From: Eledone cirrhosa
Taxonomy: Eukaryota
Length of the DNA stretch: 41,438 bases
Direction: 5' to 3'
Assembly (NCBI GenBank): GCA_964016885.1
Contig: CAXHJY010000541.1
Coordinates: forward strand, 1 to 41,438
Shown: positions 1-11,594 of the stretch, piece by piece
Layout: every line of letters begins with the position of its first letter
Position numbering within the stretch: the first letter of the stretch is position 1
Made by a program: the position numbers and the translations under genes
Notes under the pieces: generated by a model
Databases searched by the model: none
Told to the model about the DNA's origin: nothing
The model's input: the letters and a program-made list of their open reading frames with translations, nothing else

Positions 1-172
1 TAGCAGAAGATATCTAAAAACCAGTTTGTTAATTCAAATGTTTATAGTATCTTTACTAATGAACAAATCATTGTGAAAATTTGTAATGAAATAAAAAATA
101 TTAACTTTTAATGTGATAGTCATGGCTGGGTTACTAATGTGGTTTTGTGTGGTACAGAACTTTAAAGAGTCA
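1..172. mobile_element. Degraded interspersed repeat, possibly a DNA transposon end
   Basis: Similar to 17092-17277 (gtttgttaattcaaatgttt...ctaatgtgg...tgtggtacag.ac.ttaa). Confidence 0.45.
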
Positions 173-301
173 AAAATCCAAAAAAAATTATACATATTTC
201 TCTTTAAAATGTTTTTATAAGAATATTTTTTTTAAATAAACAAAACTAAAACTATAACAAATTACAAAATGTGAAAGAAAAAAAAACTAAGGATCAGTTA
301 A

Positions 302-509
302 CCCTTTAGCATTTAAACCAGCCACATCCAGCTAGAATTCTCTCACCTCTTTCTGTTCAAACCAGCTATAACTGGCCATTCATACCATTGTTAAGGTATT
401 GTTCTCAAAATAAATAACATCAATATCTTGTAGCTTCGATATTATGTGAGATAAAGCCTTTACCATGAAAATACAATAGTAAATATAGAGTAATGTAAAT
501 GCTACAGGG
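302..509 (+). mobile_element. piggyBac-type MITE, family A
   Basis: TTAA at 298-301 and 510-513; TIRs CCCTTTAGCATTT and AAATGCTACAGGG. Further copies at ~3663-3850 and 17869-18072. Confidence 0.8.
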
Positions 510-645
510 TTAAAGGACCAATAAAAAGAAGCTAAGGATCAATGAAAAAAAAACAAAGATCAAGAAAAAAAATCTAAGGATTAAAAGAGAAAATCAGACA
601 GGAAAAAAATGTTTTAAAAACTTTGATATTTTTATGTTCCGCTTT

Positions 646-818
646 CAACATCCACTCCAATGTCACATTCCACCCTCAACATCCACTCCAATGTCACATT
701 CCACCCTCAACATCCACTCCAGTGTCATATTCTCCTTTTAACATCTACTCCAATTTCTTGTTAAGTTCTACTCTAACTCCAATCCAGTTTTATGTTCCAC
801 TCAACATCCACTCCAGTT
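646..818. repeat. 31-bp minisatellite (caacatccactccaatgtcacattccaccct), decaying
   Basis: Units start at 646, 677 and 708, followed by degenerate copies. Confidence 0.85.
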
Positions 819-1128
819 ATAAATAATACAACTAATCAACCACAGCTTTACTATCATAAATCAGTTTTTTTGTTATTTTACATTAACATGACCATCCCAT
901 CTATTTGCTCTAACTACTCATGGAGGTGTCAACTACGATAGCAATAATAAGGTTTGAACTCATTCTTTTTTTAAATCTATTAAATATTTATTCTATAATA
1001 GTATGTAATAAATAAAATATTAATTTAACTAAATACTAAACAACAGTTCTTTAAATATTCAAATTACTAAATTAAATGGTGTTTAAAATCTATGATTTTG
1101 CAGCATTACAACAAATTCTAATTAGATA

Positions 1129-1407
1129 TTAACCCTTTTGACATTAAGTCACCTGAAATCACTCCTGGTTCTGTGATGCAAAACTGATTTTAAATGTTTA
1201 TATTTATCTAAAAGCCTTTCTCATAATTTTAAGGAAGAACCTTTAAATTATCCTCTGAACAGCAGGTTAATAATGAGAAAGTTGGTTATTTTATTTAATT
1301 TATCCAAATCCTTATTTTCAGAATTATTTGAAAATCATAGGTTATCTTTTAAAAGAAATAAAGAAATGGGTCAATAAGGTGTTGGTATTTAAATAAGCAG
1401 GAGTTAA
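1129..1407 (-). mobile_element. Degraded piggyBac-like MITE, family B
   Basis: Starts TTAA-CCCTTTTGA. Reverse-complement similarity to ~2310-2550, ~7531-7738 and ~18607-18788; right boundary approximate. Confidence 0.45.
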
Positions 1408-1505
1408 GGGATTCAATGTATATTTCTATACAATGTTATAGAATTTGTTCAGTTTATAACAGTCCAAGATTTTAATGAAAACTTAGAAAAAATACTTATA
1501 AATAT

Positions 1506-1850
1506 GGAGGCACATGGCTTAGTGGTTAGAGCATTGGCCTTGCAATCGAAAGGTTGTGAGTTCAATTCTCAGACCGGGTGATGTGTTGTTTCCTTGAGCA
1601 AGACACTTTATTTCACATTGCTCCAGTTTACTCAGCTGTAGAAATGAGATGATAGGGACTGAGGTCCATATCATTCCACTGCAAAGTGGTCGTGGAGATG
1701 CCACGGCAAAAAAGCACCCAGCACTCACTGTAAATGAGGGTGGTGTTAGGAAGGGCATCCAGCTGTAGAAATCAAGCCAGAATCAGTTCCCGTCCCACCC
1801 TTGCAAGCAGGGAAAAAGCGGACGTAAAATGAAATGATGATGATGATGAT
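1506..1850 (+). mobile_element. Full-length tRNA-derived SINE with CORE-like centre and RTE-derived 3' tail
   Basis: A box TGGCTTAGTGG, B box GAGTTCAATTC, central ccttgagcaagacactt...ctcagctgtagaaatgag. 3' ttaggaagggcatccagctgtagaaa and (TGA)n tail are shared with the LINE. Confidence 0.88.
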
Positions 1851-2264
1851 ATTGTTTTTCTTTATATCATTCATATTCAAGCCACAATAACAAGTGTTTT
1901 TAAGGTTACTTTTTTCTGCTAAAACAAGATTTAGACTTGCAAGCCCCTTAACATGGGGTCCTTTTTGAGGCATGGATTTAATTACAGTTGAATGCCTTCC
2001 TGGTGCCAATCCTTTTAGTTGCCTCTTACAACACACAGAGATACGAGTAAGGTATACCTATACTAAACGAGACACACACAGTTCATCATTCATAACCAAG
2101 ATATAGAAGAGATTTTCTTCCAAGTTTAGATTCTTGGGTTCTGCTCTTTTATAATGATCTGAAACTATTCAGAGAAATAAGTTAACCAGTTAAGATAGGT
2201 ATGGATTGATATAATGCCTTGGAATTTAGATCCTACAGTATATATAATAACAAATCGTCCTTTT

Positions 2265-2303
<39 letters not shown>

Positions 2304-2309
2304 GGCCTA

Positions 2310-2550
2310 TTTTTCATTGTCATATTTCTACTGAAAGACAGCCTATAATTTTCAAATATTTTTTTTTAATTATCAAGAATTTGGTGGGATTTAATACAAT
2401 AACAAATATTCTCATTATTAAGCAACTATCTAGAATATAACTTAAAGGTTCTTACAAAAATTTATAATGGAAAGTTTTTGAATTAATATAAACAGCTTTG
2501 TATTGTAGAAGCAGGTGCAATTTCAAGTAGCTTACTATCAAAAGAGTTTA
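2310..2550 (+). mobile_element. Degraded MITE, family B copy
   Basis: Shares catattt...gaaaga...gcctataattttcaaa...ttctcattatta and terminal tatcaaaagagtt with the copies at 7531 and 18607. Confidence 0.5.
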
Positions 2551-2781
2551 AAAAGTTCAAACTCATCAAACTTATGTTATTGCAGAAAAAGTAAGATACT
2601 AAATGTGATAATTTCCAAAATTCTGAGAACTGTTTGCTATAATTGTGTGGAATGAAGTGAATTTAATGAACAACTATTGAGGTTAACTTCTGTAGTTTTT
2701 ATCAATTTTATTCTTGTCATCATTTGAATTTAGTAGTCTCTTATCTTCCATTCAATAAGTGAAATCAAAGAATATACTTAC

Positions 2782-3102
2782 AATCTAAATCTATGGTAGA
2801 TTCCTGCAAGAAGTTAAAACTTCCTTGTACTGAAGAAACAATTTCTTGAAAAGGACGATGACGAGGAAAAGAAGAGCCAGTAGTGAAGAAAGAAGAGTCA
2901 TTATCGATGTGATTTTCCAGTCTTGTATTATTTTTTCTATTGTCCACTGGTTCTAGAATAACTTCAGGTTGCTTCTCAGGTTCCAGTTTGGGGACTACAG
3001 GTTCTTCTGTGTGTGGCTTCAGCTCAACTGGGTTTACTTCAACAGAAACAACTGGAGCTGGTTCCTCAGAGGGTTTGTCACTGGCTTTTTCAACAGCAGG
3101 AG
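2782..3102 (-). CDS. CAPRIN1: Caprin-1-like exon: Pro/Glu-rich linker ending in VQGSFNFLQESTIDLD
   Basis: tttcag acceptor and gtaagta donor; 321 nt, phase 1/1, open frame joining the previous exon. QGSFNFLQES resembles the Caprin-1 G3BP-binding motif (QGPYNFIQDS). Confidence 0.9.
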
Positions 3103-3337
3103 CTGAAAGTATTTGGTTTAAATATCTTAGTAGAAATTAAAAGATAAGTATTTTCAAGCATTACTAATCAGCTATTTTCAAAAATTCTTTTAAAATACGA
3201 AGTTAACAATTTCTATATTCCTACATTAGCTCTTTTTGACATTATTTTTTTCAATTATTAAAGAATCTTTTTTTACTAAAATTATTTTTATGTTCTCACT
3301 GAGATAGTAACATGACATATGATTCTTATATAAAAAA

Positions 3338-3373
<36 letters not shown>

Positions 3374-3662
3374 ATTTTAATTTAAATAGGAATCTTTTAA
3401 AATGTGGGGTACCATTTAATGAAACCACAGTTTTGGATGGGTGGGTATCAAAAGGGGTAATTTTAACCAAAACAGTTACCATATATATCTTTGTTTTTAC
3501 AATAGATACACCATATCCTTGCATGTCATAGGAGGCAACTAAAATAACTAGCATCACACTGCTTTAAAATATTTACATAAGACATACCAACATAAAAAAG
3601 CAGACATAAAAATGATAATGATGACAATGTCAGTTATAAATAATTAACTACTAGTAACTCAA

Positions 3663-3850
3663 ACCTTTAACATTTACATTACTCTATATATTTTATTGTA
3701 TTTTCATGGTAAAGGCTTTATCTCTCATAATTATTTCACATATCAAATCTACAAGACTTTGATATTATTTCTTTTGAGAACAATACCTTAACATAAGTAT
3801 GAACAGCCAGTTAAAGCCAGTTTGAACAGAAAGAGGTGGGAGAATTCTGC
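3663..3850 (-). mobile_element. MITE family A copy, one end lost
   Basis: Reverse complement of 302-509 internal sequence (tttgagaacaataccttaac, gaacagaaagaggtg.gagaattct). Confidence 0.75.
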
Positions 3851-4024
3851 TGCACGTATCTTCAGATTGAAACTACTTAAACAGATGACTTGTTAATGCC
3901 TCACATAAATATCCTACATCTTAGTGGTTCAAATGTAAGGATTGTAATCAGGAAAGGCATCCAGCCATAGAATGCTGCCTCAAAAAACTTTGTCCAGTCA
4001 ATGCTAGCACGAAATAGCAAATGT

Positions 4025-4764
4025 AAAAACGACCCTGATCCCAATAGAGAAGTGGCTTTGCTCAATATGCTCTATACAATGTACACAATATAAATCTGGG
4101 GTACATAAGTAGTATAGTGAAATGGCAAGCAGATTAACAGAAAATGTAGACTTTGTATAAAGCAAATCCTTAGAAGTGGTTCATAGCTTTTGCTACTTAG
4201 GTGATCTAATTAGTGGTGGAGGAGGCTGCACTGAGAGCATAGTAGCTAGGATAAGAACAGGATGGAAAAGTCCAGGAAACTAATACCTCTGTTGACATGT
4301 TCTCCCCATAGCCAGCACATGATGCCTGTGTGCAGGCCGGGAGACATAGGCAATGAACATAGAGGATGTGCAAATGTTAGAGAAAATTGAAGTGAGCATA
4401 CCCAGATTGATGAACAATGCTAACATGTGTGAATGACAAAGCAGAGATGAGTTGAGAGAAAAGCTGTGTATAAGAAGAATCAGATATAGTGTGCAGGAGA
4501 GAAGACTACTGCTGCTATGGTTATGTGATGCATATGGATAATCATCATTGCATGAAGAAGTGTCAAGAAATCCCAGTGGAAGGAAGCTGCAGTAGAGAGA
4601 GAGAGAACAATGAAGACTAAGGCAGAGATTGTGAAAAATGATATGAACTCACTGAAGCTCACAAAGGAAATGACAAAAAATTCCAATAAGTGGAGGGTGT
4701 TGTGCTGGCGAAAAATCATCCAACTCAAACAAGCAGAGAAAATTGAACATAAAATGATGATGGT
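4025..4764 (+). mobile_element. Old degraded RTE LINE 3' fragment with PHD-like remnant
   Basis: Broken frames read KWLCSIC, SFCYLGDLISGGGGCTESIVARIRTGWK; ends aaaatgatgatgg. Confidence 0.75.
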
Positions 4765-4809
4765 GACACACAGAGGTAGAAGTGGAAAAAAAAAAATGAA
4801 CCAACAAAC

Positions 4810-5050
4810 CTTCTGTTGAAGGTCCATTAGCGTCATAACGAGGAGCATTTTCAAAGTAGCCACAGGCAAGAATTAAATCTATGAGCTTTTTTAATTCTTT
4901 GTAAGTGGTGCCAAGAACAGCTTTATCTTTGCCGTCCAATAGGCTACATAAATGTTCAGAAGCAGTGGTAAAATCCTGGTGGTTATCTCGAGATGGACTG
5001 ATCTGTTTGTAGATGTTGTCCAACTGAGTGAGATTCTCTTCAGTTAGGAC
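4810..5050 (-). CDS. CAPRIN1: Caprin-1-like exon (VLTEENLTQLDNIYKQISP...ASEHLCSLLDGKDKAVLGTTYKELKKLIDLILACGYFE...)
   Basis: ttttcag acceptor and gtttgt donor; 241 nt, phase 0/1. AS.HL..LL.GK.K.V.GTTYK.LK is the Caprin dimerisation-domain signature. Confidence 0.92.
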
Positions 5051-5123
5051 CTGAAAAAGAAAATCTCTATTTTACAAAAGCTGAAGGAATTTTTTGTTTA
5101 GGAATTACAAGATATTCGTACAA

Positions 5124-5899
5124 ATGGCAGTGAGACTTTGGCATTGTGTGCAGAGGATATACGCAGACTGGAGAGGAACAAAGCTTGCCTGCTCCGTTGG
5201 ATGTATAATAGTAATATACGTGAACGGCAAAGCATAAATGAACTAAGGGAGAAATTAGGAATAAGAGGGATCAGATGTTTACTCGAGAGAAGACTACGTT
5301 GGTATGGTCACGTGATGCGCATGAAAGACGACAGCTGTATAAAAAAGTGCAGGGCGATAAAAATAGACGGTAGCCACGGAGTAGGCAGACCCAGAAAAAC
5401 CTGGGACTTGATAAATTCTGACCTCACACACTTACACCTCTCCAAGACAATGTCACTGGACCGAGATCTTTGGCGCTACGTAATACAGAAGACCCGCCTT
5501 GCCTAAGTACAAAGCGAAACCTACAGTCAGTAGGCACCTCTTAACAAAAATACACCCCCGTCCCACTACCCCCACCCCATCCACACCACCCCTTTCGATG
5601 TAAAGTTATGTTGGTACCACAACATCCAGTCCGAAATAAATGAGGTCGTGTAGGTGTCACGACAAAAACACACAGTCCACGCTGTAATGTGGCCGTGTAG
5701 GTAACACAGTAAAAACCTCCCAGTCCACACTGTAAACGTTTGTTGTTAGGAAGGGCATCCAGCCGTAGAAAACCCGCCAGACAGTCCTATACGAGCAAGA
5801 CAACCAATCTTGCTTCAAGTGGGAAAATTCCCGTCCAAACCCATGCAAGCGTGGAAGATGGACGTTAAACACTGATGATGATGATGATGATGATGATGA
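5124..5899 (+). mobile_element. 5'-truncated RTE LINE, subfamily A
   Basis: ORF 5138-5506 carries [12 protein letters not shown] and GRPRKTW; followed by 3' UTR and (TGA)n tail. Confidence 0.92.
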
Positions 5900-6486
5900 A
5901 ATGTAATTGATAAAAATAGTCACAAAAGAATTTTTGGAAAATACGTGGCCCCCAACAATCCCAAAATAAGTAAACATCAAAACCTTACTGATATTCACCA
6001 AATCTTAACTCTCTCTCTCTCTCTCTCTATAAATATATATATACATACATATATATGAACACCATTTATAACAGAACTAAATTAATACAAATTACACTTG
6101 CTCTTGGATTTTTTTTATCAAACATATATATATTATATAACCATGTGGATTCTGTTTAAAATAGGTACACTATATCCGTGCATGTGCTAAGCAACTAAAA
6201 AGATTAGTATCAGGAAGGGCATCTGACAAAGCATTGCCTCAAAAAGTCCCATCAAACCCATGCCAATATGATAAGTCGACATAAACACAATGATGGTAAT
6301 CAGATAGTCAGAGGCAGACAGTGCCTAGGACCATTTTCAGGAAACCCAAGATTAGTTAGAGAAAGAGAGGAAATTATAATCTGACTTAAGATCTGGTCCA
6401 AATGTTTGCTCAGTTAATGACACCCATGGATCAGGTGGTGGTGTTAAAATATGCAATGGAATAACTGTCAGGAGGAATGGTCTCTC

Positions 6487-6625
6487 TGACAGGCTCCAGC
6501 ACAATTGTCGTCTACGAAATTTCACTCAAGTCAACCTGAGGCTTTGCTCTAGCATACACTTGCTGAAAGTACCCTGCACTGGAACTAAACCCCAAACAAA
6601 TTTCTTAACTACACAGTAATGCCTA
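6487..6625 (-). mobile_element. Degraded SINE fragment
   Basis: Similar to 19165-19285 (tgacaggct...gtctac.aaatt.cactca...aacct.aggct...cacttgc..aaagt). Confidence 0.5.
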
Positions 6626-6691
6626 CACCCATACATTAAAGCAACAAGGATAATCTTTACAAATTTATGACATGCTTTATATTAAATAAAA

Positions 6692-6832
6692 TTATTTCTA
6701 ATTTAGGCACAATGCTAGTAATTTTGAGAGGAAGGGATAAGTTGATTACATCGACTCCAGTGTGGTACATTATTCTATCAACCCTGAAAGGATAAAAAGC
6801 AAAATTCACTTCAGTAGGATTTGAACTCAAAA
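6692..6832 (-). mobile_element. Degraded SINE of the family at 12619-12793
   Basis: Reverse complement contains gagttcaaatcc, ttttgctttttatcctttcagggttgatag and ttgtgcctaaattagaaa. Confidence 0.6.
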
Positions 6833-7028
6833 CATCAAACACCATAATGAAATACCACAGAGTATTTGGTTTAACAATGTAACACTTCTGCCAAAACATC
6901 AGAACCATCAAGTTAATCATGAAAAACTGATTTACTAAGTTAGAAATGAGACAAAATTTTAGTTTTAATTTTTCACACTGATGTTCATAAAAATCTTAAA
7001 TTTTCTTTCAAAAACTTCTAATACTTAC

Positions 7029-7190
7029 TACTGCTGAATGCCAGCCATTTCGGAAATCATTTCGAACCTGCTCCATTCCAAAATTGTCCAGTAAGTTTTG
7101 TATCAACAACACTTGTTTCAGTCGTTTATGTTCATTTAAAATTCTATCAGCTCGTTCCTTCTTCATTTGTTTCTTCAAGAGCTTCTCAGC
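7029..7190 (-). CDS. CAPRIN1: Caprin-1-like exon (AEKLLKKQMKKERADRILNEHKRLKQVLLIQNLLDNFGMEQVRNDFRNGWHSAV)
   Basis: tttag acceptor and gtaagta donor; 162 nt, phase 0/0. Matches the start of the Caprin dimerisation domain (KRLK.VL..Q..LD..G...VR.D). Confidence 0.9.
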
Positions 7191-7530
7191 CTAAACATCA
7201 AGTTTCAGAAATATTACATAATTCATACATTCCATGAAGGAAAATGCCAGAATCTACATGGACACAAACAACAATACCTTCTGTGTTCAGTAGAGAATCA
7301 AGGGACAAAACTGAGACACCCAACGAACCAATGAAATTGTAGCTAAACTTACAAGGTGTATACCATAACAACAGAGATACCATAGTTTGAGGTCATAACA
7401 CTCATTATTTCAGCAGTCTATAATTAATGTACAGCTTACAACATCCAAAGTCTAGGTGAACAGTTACATCAAACAACAGCATCAAGTGCAACAACAAGCT
7501 GCTACATTTGAAAAGTAGAATGACAAGAAT

Positions 7531-7738
7531 TCATCTTTGGTTACCATATTTTTAATGAAAAAACTGCATATAATTTTCAAATAATCAGGAAATTGGAAGA
7601 ATTTAGTAATATAACTAACTTTTTATCTAAGCTTGTGTTTCGAATATAGCTTCAAGACTTACATAAAATCATGATAAAAATATACAAGTTTCATTGAATG
7701 AGAGGCAGTTTCAGGTTGCTTGGTATCAAAAAAGTTAA
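7531..7738 (+). mobile_element. Degraded MITE, family B copy
   Basis: ttaccatatttttaatgaaa...tataattttcaaa; ends ggtatcaaaaagTTAA. Confidence 0.5.
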
Positions 7739-7984
7739 ACAAGATCTTTAAAAAGTATTGATAACATCTGAAGGGCACTTGACATGTAGAAACAGTAGAC
7801 AGTAAGCTTAATCATTTTGATATGTAGAAAGGATATTAGTTTAAGTAGTTTTAATTGTAAATTACAAACTAAGAAAGTTGGCTAAAATGTTACAGGCATA
7901 TGTAACATAAGATGTTTTAAAAGAAGATATACTTCTAATCTATAGAAGTACATATATGTATGTCAGTGTATATATATATATATA

Positions 7985-8302
7985 TCATCATCATTTTACG
8001 GCCGCTTTTCCTTGCTTGCAAGGGTGGGACAGGAACAGATTCTGGCTTGATTTCTACAGCTGGTTGCCCTTCCTAACTCCAACCTCATTTACAGTGAGTG
8101 CTGGGTGCTTTTTTGCCATGGCACCTCCACGACTACTTTGCAGTGGAATGATAGAGACCCCAGTCCCTATCATCTCATTTCTACAGCTGAGTAAACTGGA
8201 GCAATGTGAAATAAAGTATCTTGCTCAAGGAAACAACACATCACCTGGTCTGAGAATTGAACTCACAACCTTTCGATTGCAAGGCCAATGCTCTAACCAC
8301 TA
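7985..8302 (-). mobile_element. tRNA-derived SINE, same family as 1506-1850, head truncated in the A box
   Basis: Near-identical reverse complement of 1520-1840; flanked by (TA)n on both sides. Confidence 0.9.
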
Positions 8303-8325
8303 TATATATATATATATATATATAT

Positions 8326-9174
8326 TTCAGAGAGCTTATACCACTATTAGCTGCTAAAGGGTTCTCCCTAAAAATGAAAGGCAGGTTGTACGATGCCTGC
8401 ATACGAACAGCAATGTTGCATGGTAGTGAGACCTGGGCATTGTGTGCAGAGGATATACGCAGACTAGAGAGGAACGAAGCTTGCATGCTCCGCTGGATGT
8501 GTAACAGTAATATACGTGAACGGCAAAGCATAAACGAACTAAGGAAAAAATTAGAGATAAGAGGGATCAGATGTTGTTTACTCGAGAGAAGGCTGCGTTG
8601 GTATGGACACGTGATGCGCATGAAAGTCGATAGCTGTATTACAAAGTGCAGGGCAATAAAGATAGACGGTAGCCACGGAATAGGCAGACCTAGAAAAACA
8701 TGGGATGAGCTGATAAACTCCGACCTCACACACTTACACCTCTCCAAGACAATGTCACTGGACCGTGACCTTTGGCGGTACTCAGTAACAGAGAAGACCC
8801 GCCTTGCCAGTAGGCATATCTAACAAAATACACCCCTCCCGCCGCCACCCCCACCCCATCCACACCACCCCGTTCAATGTAAAGTTATGTTGGTGCCGCG
8901 CCATCCAGGCCGAAACAAACGAGATCGTGTAGGTGTCACGACAAAAAAACACACAGTCCACGCTGTAATGTGGCCGTGTAGGCAACACGGTAAAAACCTC
9001 CCAGACCCACACTGTAAATGTGGTTGGTGTTAGGAAGGGCATCCAACTGTAGAAAACCTGCCAGACAGTCCTATGCGAGCAAGACAATCACTCTTGCCTC
9101 AAGTGGGACTACCCCCGTCCAAACCCATGCAAGCGTGGAACACGGACGTTAAACGTTGATGATGATGATGATGA
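8326..9174 (+). mobile_element. 5'-truncated RTE LINE, subfamily B
   Basis: FRELIPLL...RLASRHI*, 3' UTR and (TGA)n tail; starts and ends in (TA)n. Confidence 0.93.
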
Positions 9175-9694
9175 TATATATACACACGCACACAGATATG
9201 CATACCCTACAAAGTGCATCCTAATTATTCTTAGTGAGGTACTTTTTTTACCAAAAGGTGTTCAACAAATCTATGTGAGATCTAAAGTTTGTTTCTAGAG
9301 ACAACATTGTTATTTCTCAATGATTCATCACAAAATCTAACAAACATTGAAAACTATCCCAATACTCCAAGATAATAAAAAAAAATTTCCAATTCAATAT
9401 CCCAAACTCAGGAAAGAGAGTTTTCTCAATAAAAAGTAACATAAAAAGAATGAACATTATATCAGAGTGAGTAGGAGAAGTAGGAAACAGACAGTTCAGT
9501 AGGAGAGAAAACTCTCAGCCACTTAACAACAATGAAACAGAAATAAGCTCCAATTTGATAGGCTTCTAGGCTCAAGATGCTAGTGGAAAAAAGATGCTCT
9601 GGAGGAAAACAGAAAAAAACTGAGCAGAAATGATTAGAGCTGAACCTCACAGGAGATGACAAAGGAATACTACAAGCAGATAAATCATCAACAA

Positions 9695-9953
9695 AAAGTT
9701 GTATGCAGGAGAGGACACTGCATTGGTGTGGACATGTGATGCGCATGAAGGATGATAACTGGGTGAAGAAGTGCCAAGTAATCCTAATGGAGGGAGGCTA
9801 CGGTAGAGGAAGACCAAGGAAGGCCTGGACGGAAGTGGTGAAAGCTGATCTCAGATCACTAAAGCTCACGGAGATGACAAAAGAACATGACAAGTAGAGA
9901 GATACTGTACTGAGAAGGACCCATCCAATCTATAAAATGATGATGATGATGAT
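9695..9953 (+). mobile_element. Old RTE LINE 3' fragment
   Basis: [13 protein letters not shown]...GRGRPRKAW followed by (TGA)n. Confidence 0.8.
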
Positions 9954-9959
9954 TACATT

Positions 9960-10145
9960 ATCAGCTGCAATAGAAATGTTACAAGTAGAGATGAAAATTG
10001 TATGTTGTCTTCATTGATTTGTCAAAGGCTTTTGAGCTGATCAGCAAGAAGGGCCTCTTTACTTTGCTCCAGAAGACTGGATGTCAACCCAGGCTACTTA
10101 AATTGAACACATCCTTTCATGAGGATATGCAAGGCAGCATCCTGT
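9960..10145 (+). mobile_element. RT fragment of a different RTE family, BovB-like
   Basis: LYVVFIDLSKAFELISKKGLFTLLQKTGCQPRLL...SFHEDMQG matches the RTE RT motif FIDLxKAFD...GCP. Confidence 0.65.
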
Positions 10146-10754
10146 ATGTATATAGTTATACATTTGAATATTCCAGCAAAATTGAAATGAACATTTAATT
10201 AAAATTACTCCAAATGTTCATTAATAGAGTGGAAGAGAAATTGTACACAATTTTAATTACATATTGCCAAGAAATCCCAGTGGAAGGTGATGAACAAATC
10301 TCAAAATGCAGAACCTGACATGATATGAAGAAGGAAAGCGAAAGGAGGAGGAAAACTATACTAGAAAAGACTTGTCCAACCCATGCAAAGATGGAAAAAC
10401 TGACATATAAGGTTAATGATAGAATTCTTCCAAAGAGTATTCAATGTATAAATTACATGCACCATTCTACCAAAGTTAACATTTTTATTTTGAAGAAAAT
10501 TCCAATGTAGAATATTATATCATAGAAAAAGAAAAGAAAAAAGAATAAATAAGAAATTAGGTAAGCCAGAAGTAATAAAATATATGGTAGAGATGTTCTG
10601 ACTGACAGTCAAGAGAAAATGACTTATTGAAATTGAAGTGGTAGGGATTGTTCATTAATTATCTGATTTTCTTTTAAAATCATATAAAGGTTCCAAGACA
10701 AAATGTCTGGAAACTACTTATAAAATAATTTACTCCATTAGCTAATATACTTAC

Positions 10755-10841
10755 ATCTTGAGTGAGGGCCATAAATTGTTTCAGCAATTCCTTTGCAAAT
10801 TCCAGATTACAAGCAACATCACCATACTTGTTAATTGCTTC
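10755..10841 (-). CDS. CAPRIN1: Caprin-1-like exon (EAINKYGDVACNLEFAKELLKQFMALTQD)
   Basis: tacag acceptor and gtaagta donor; 87 nt, phase 0/0. NLEFAKEL and FMALxQD match the Caprin HR1 region. Confidence 0.92.
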
Positions 10842-11041
10842 CTGTAATTAATTGAAAATAACACAACAATTAGACAATTTTACCTAATTTTTTTTTTTTT
10901 TTCAAAATCTCTCTCACTACAATGTTTAAATTGATTAACTCCTTGAAAATTCACAGGGTCATTCAAAAATAGGAATTCTTTAAAATTCAATAGGATGTAA
11001 ATAATCAATTCTCCAATATATATATATATATATATATATAT

Positions 11042-11594
11042 GTAAATATTTATAAGTCGTTTGGAAGCCTCGACAATGCAAATGGGTAAATCTCCGGGTA
11101 ACAAGGTCCGGTAGTGGAGAGAGAGATATGTAAGTGTGTGTACGTTGAGATGCGTGGTGTATAAGATGTGTAGAATGAAGGGAAGAGTAAAAGAATAAAA
11201 ATAATAATAACAACACAAGAGAGAATATCAGATATTCAAATCAACAAACAGCGAAAGACGCATTCCGAGTTGTCCGACAGACAACCTTTTCCCCCACCCC
11301 GGAAAAAACCCCAGTTGATGGATGTGAATCCGAAATATATAGGGACTATTAAATCTCTCCCAAGGTAACTCTCTCTCGTGTTGTTATTATTATTTTTATT
11401 CTTTTACTCTTCCCTTCATTCTACACATCTCACACACACCACGCATCTCAACGTACACCCACTTACATATCTCTCTCTCCACCACCGGACCTTGTTACCC
11501 GGAGATTTACTCATTTGCATTGTCGAGGCTTCCAAACGACTTATAAATATTTACTTATTGTTCCACAATGCTTCAAGCAAACTTCAATACTCTC
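11042..11594 (+). mobile_element. Penelope-like pLTR fragment with ~180-bp inverted arms
   Basis: 11042-11224 is the reverse complement of 11370-11554; the spacer holds a degenerate hammerhead motif; flanked by (TA)n. Confidence 0.6.
11309..11344 (+). ncRNA. Degenerate minimal type I hammerhead ribozyme
   Basis: ccc-CAGTTGA-t-ggat(gtga)atcc-GAAA-tata-TA-ggg. Two core substitutions versus CTGATGA; palindromic stem III ATATAT. Confidence 0.5.

Noticed and set aside
1506-1580. tRNA gene
   Set aside because: A and B boxes are present, but the acceptor and anticodon stems do not close properly and the sequence continues as a multi-copy SINE body.
2940-3140. Ser/Thr/Gly-rich plus-strand ORF
   Set aside because: Antisense to the Caprin exon 2782-3102.
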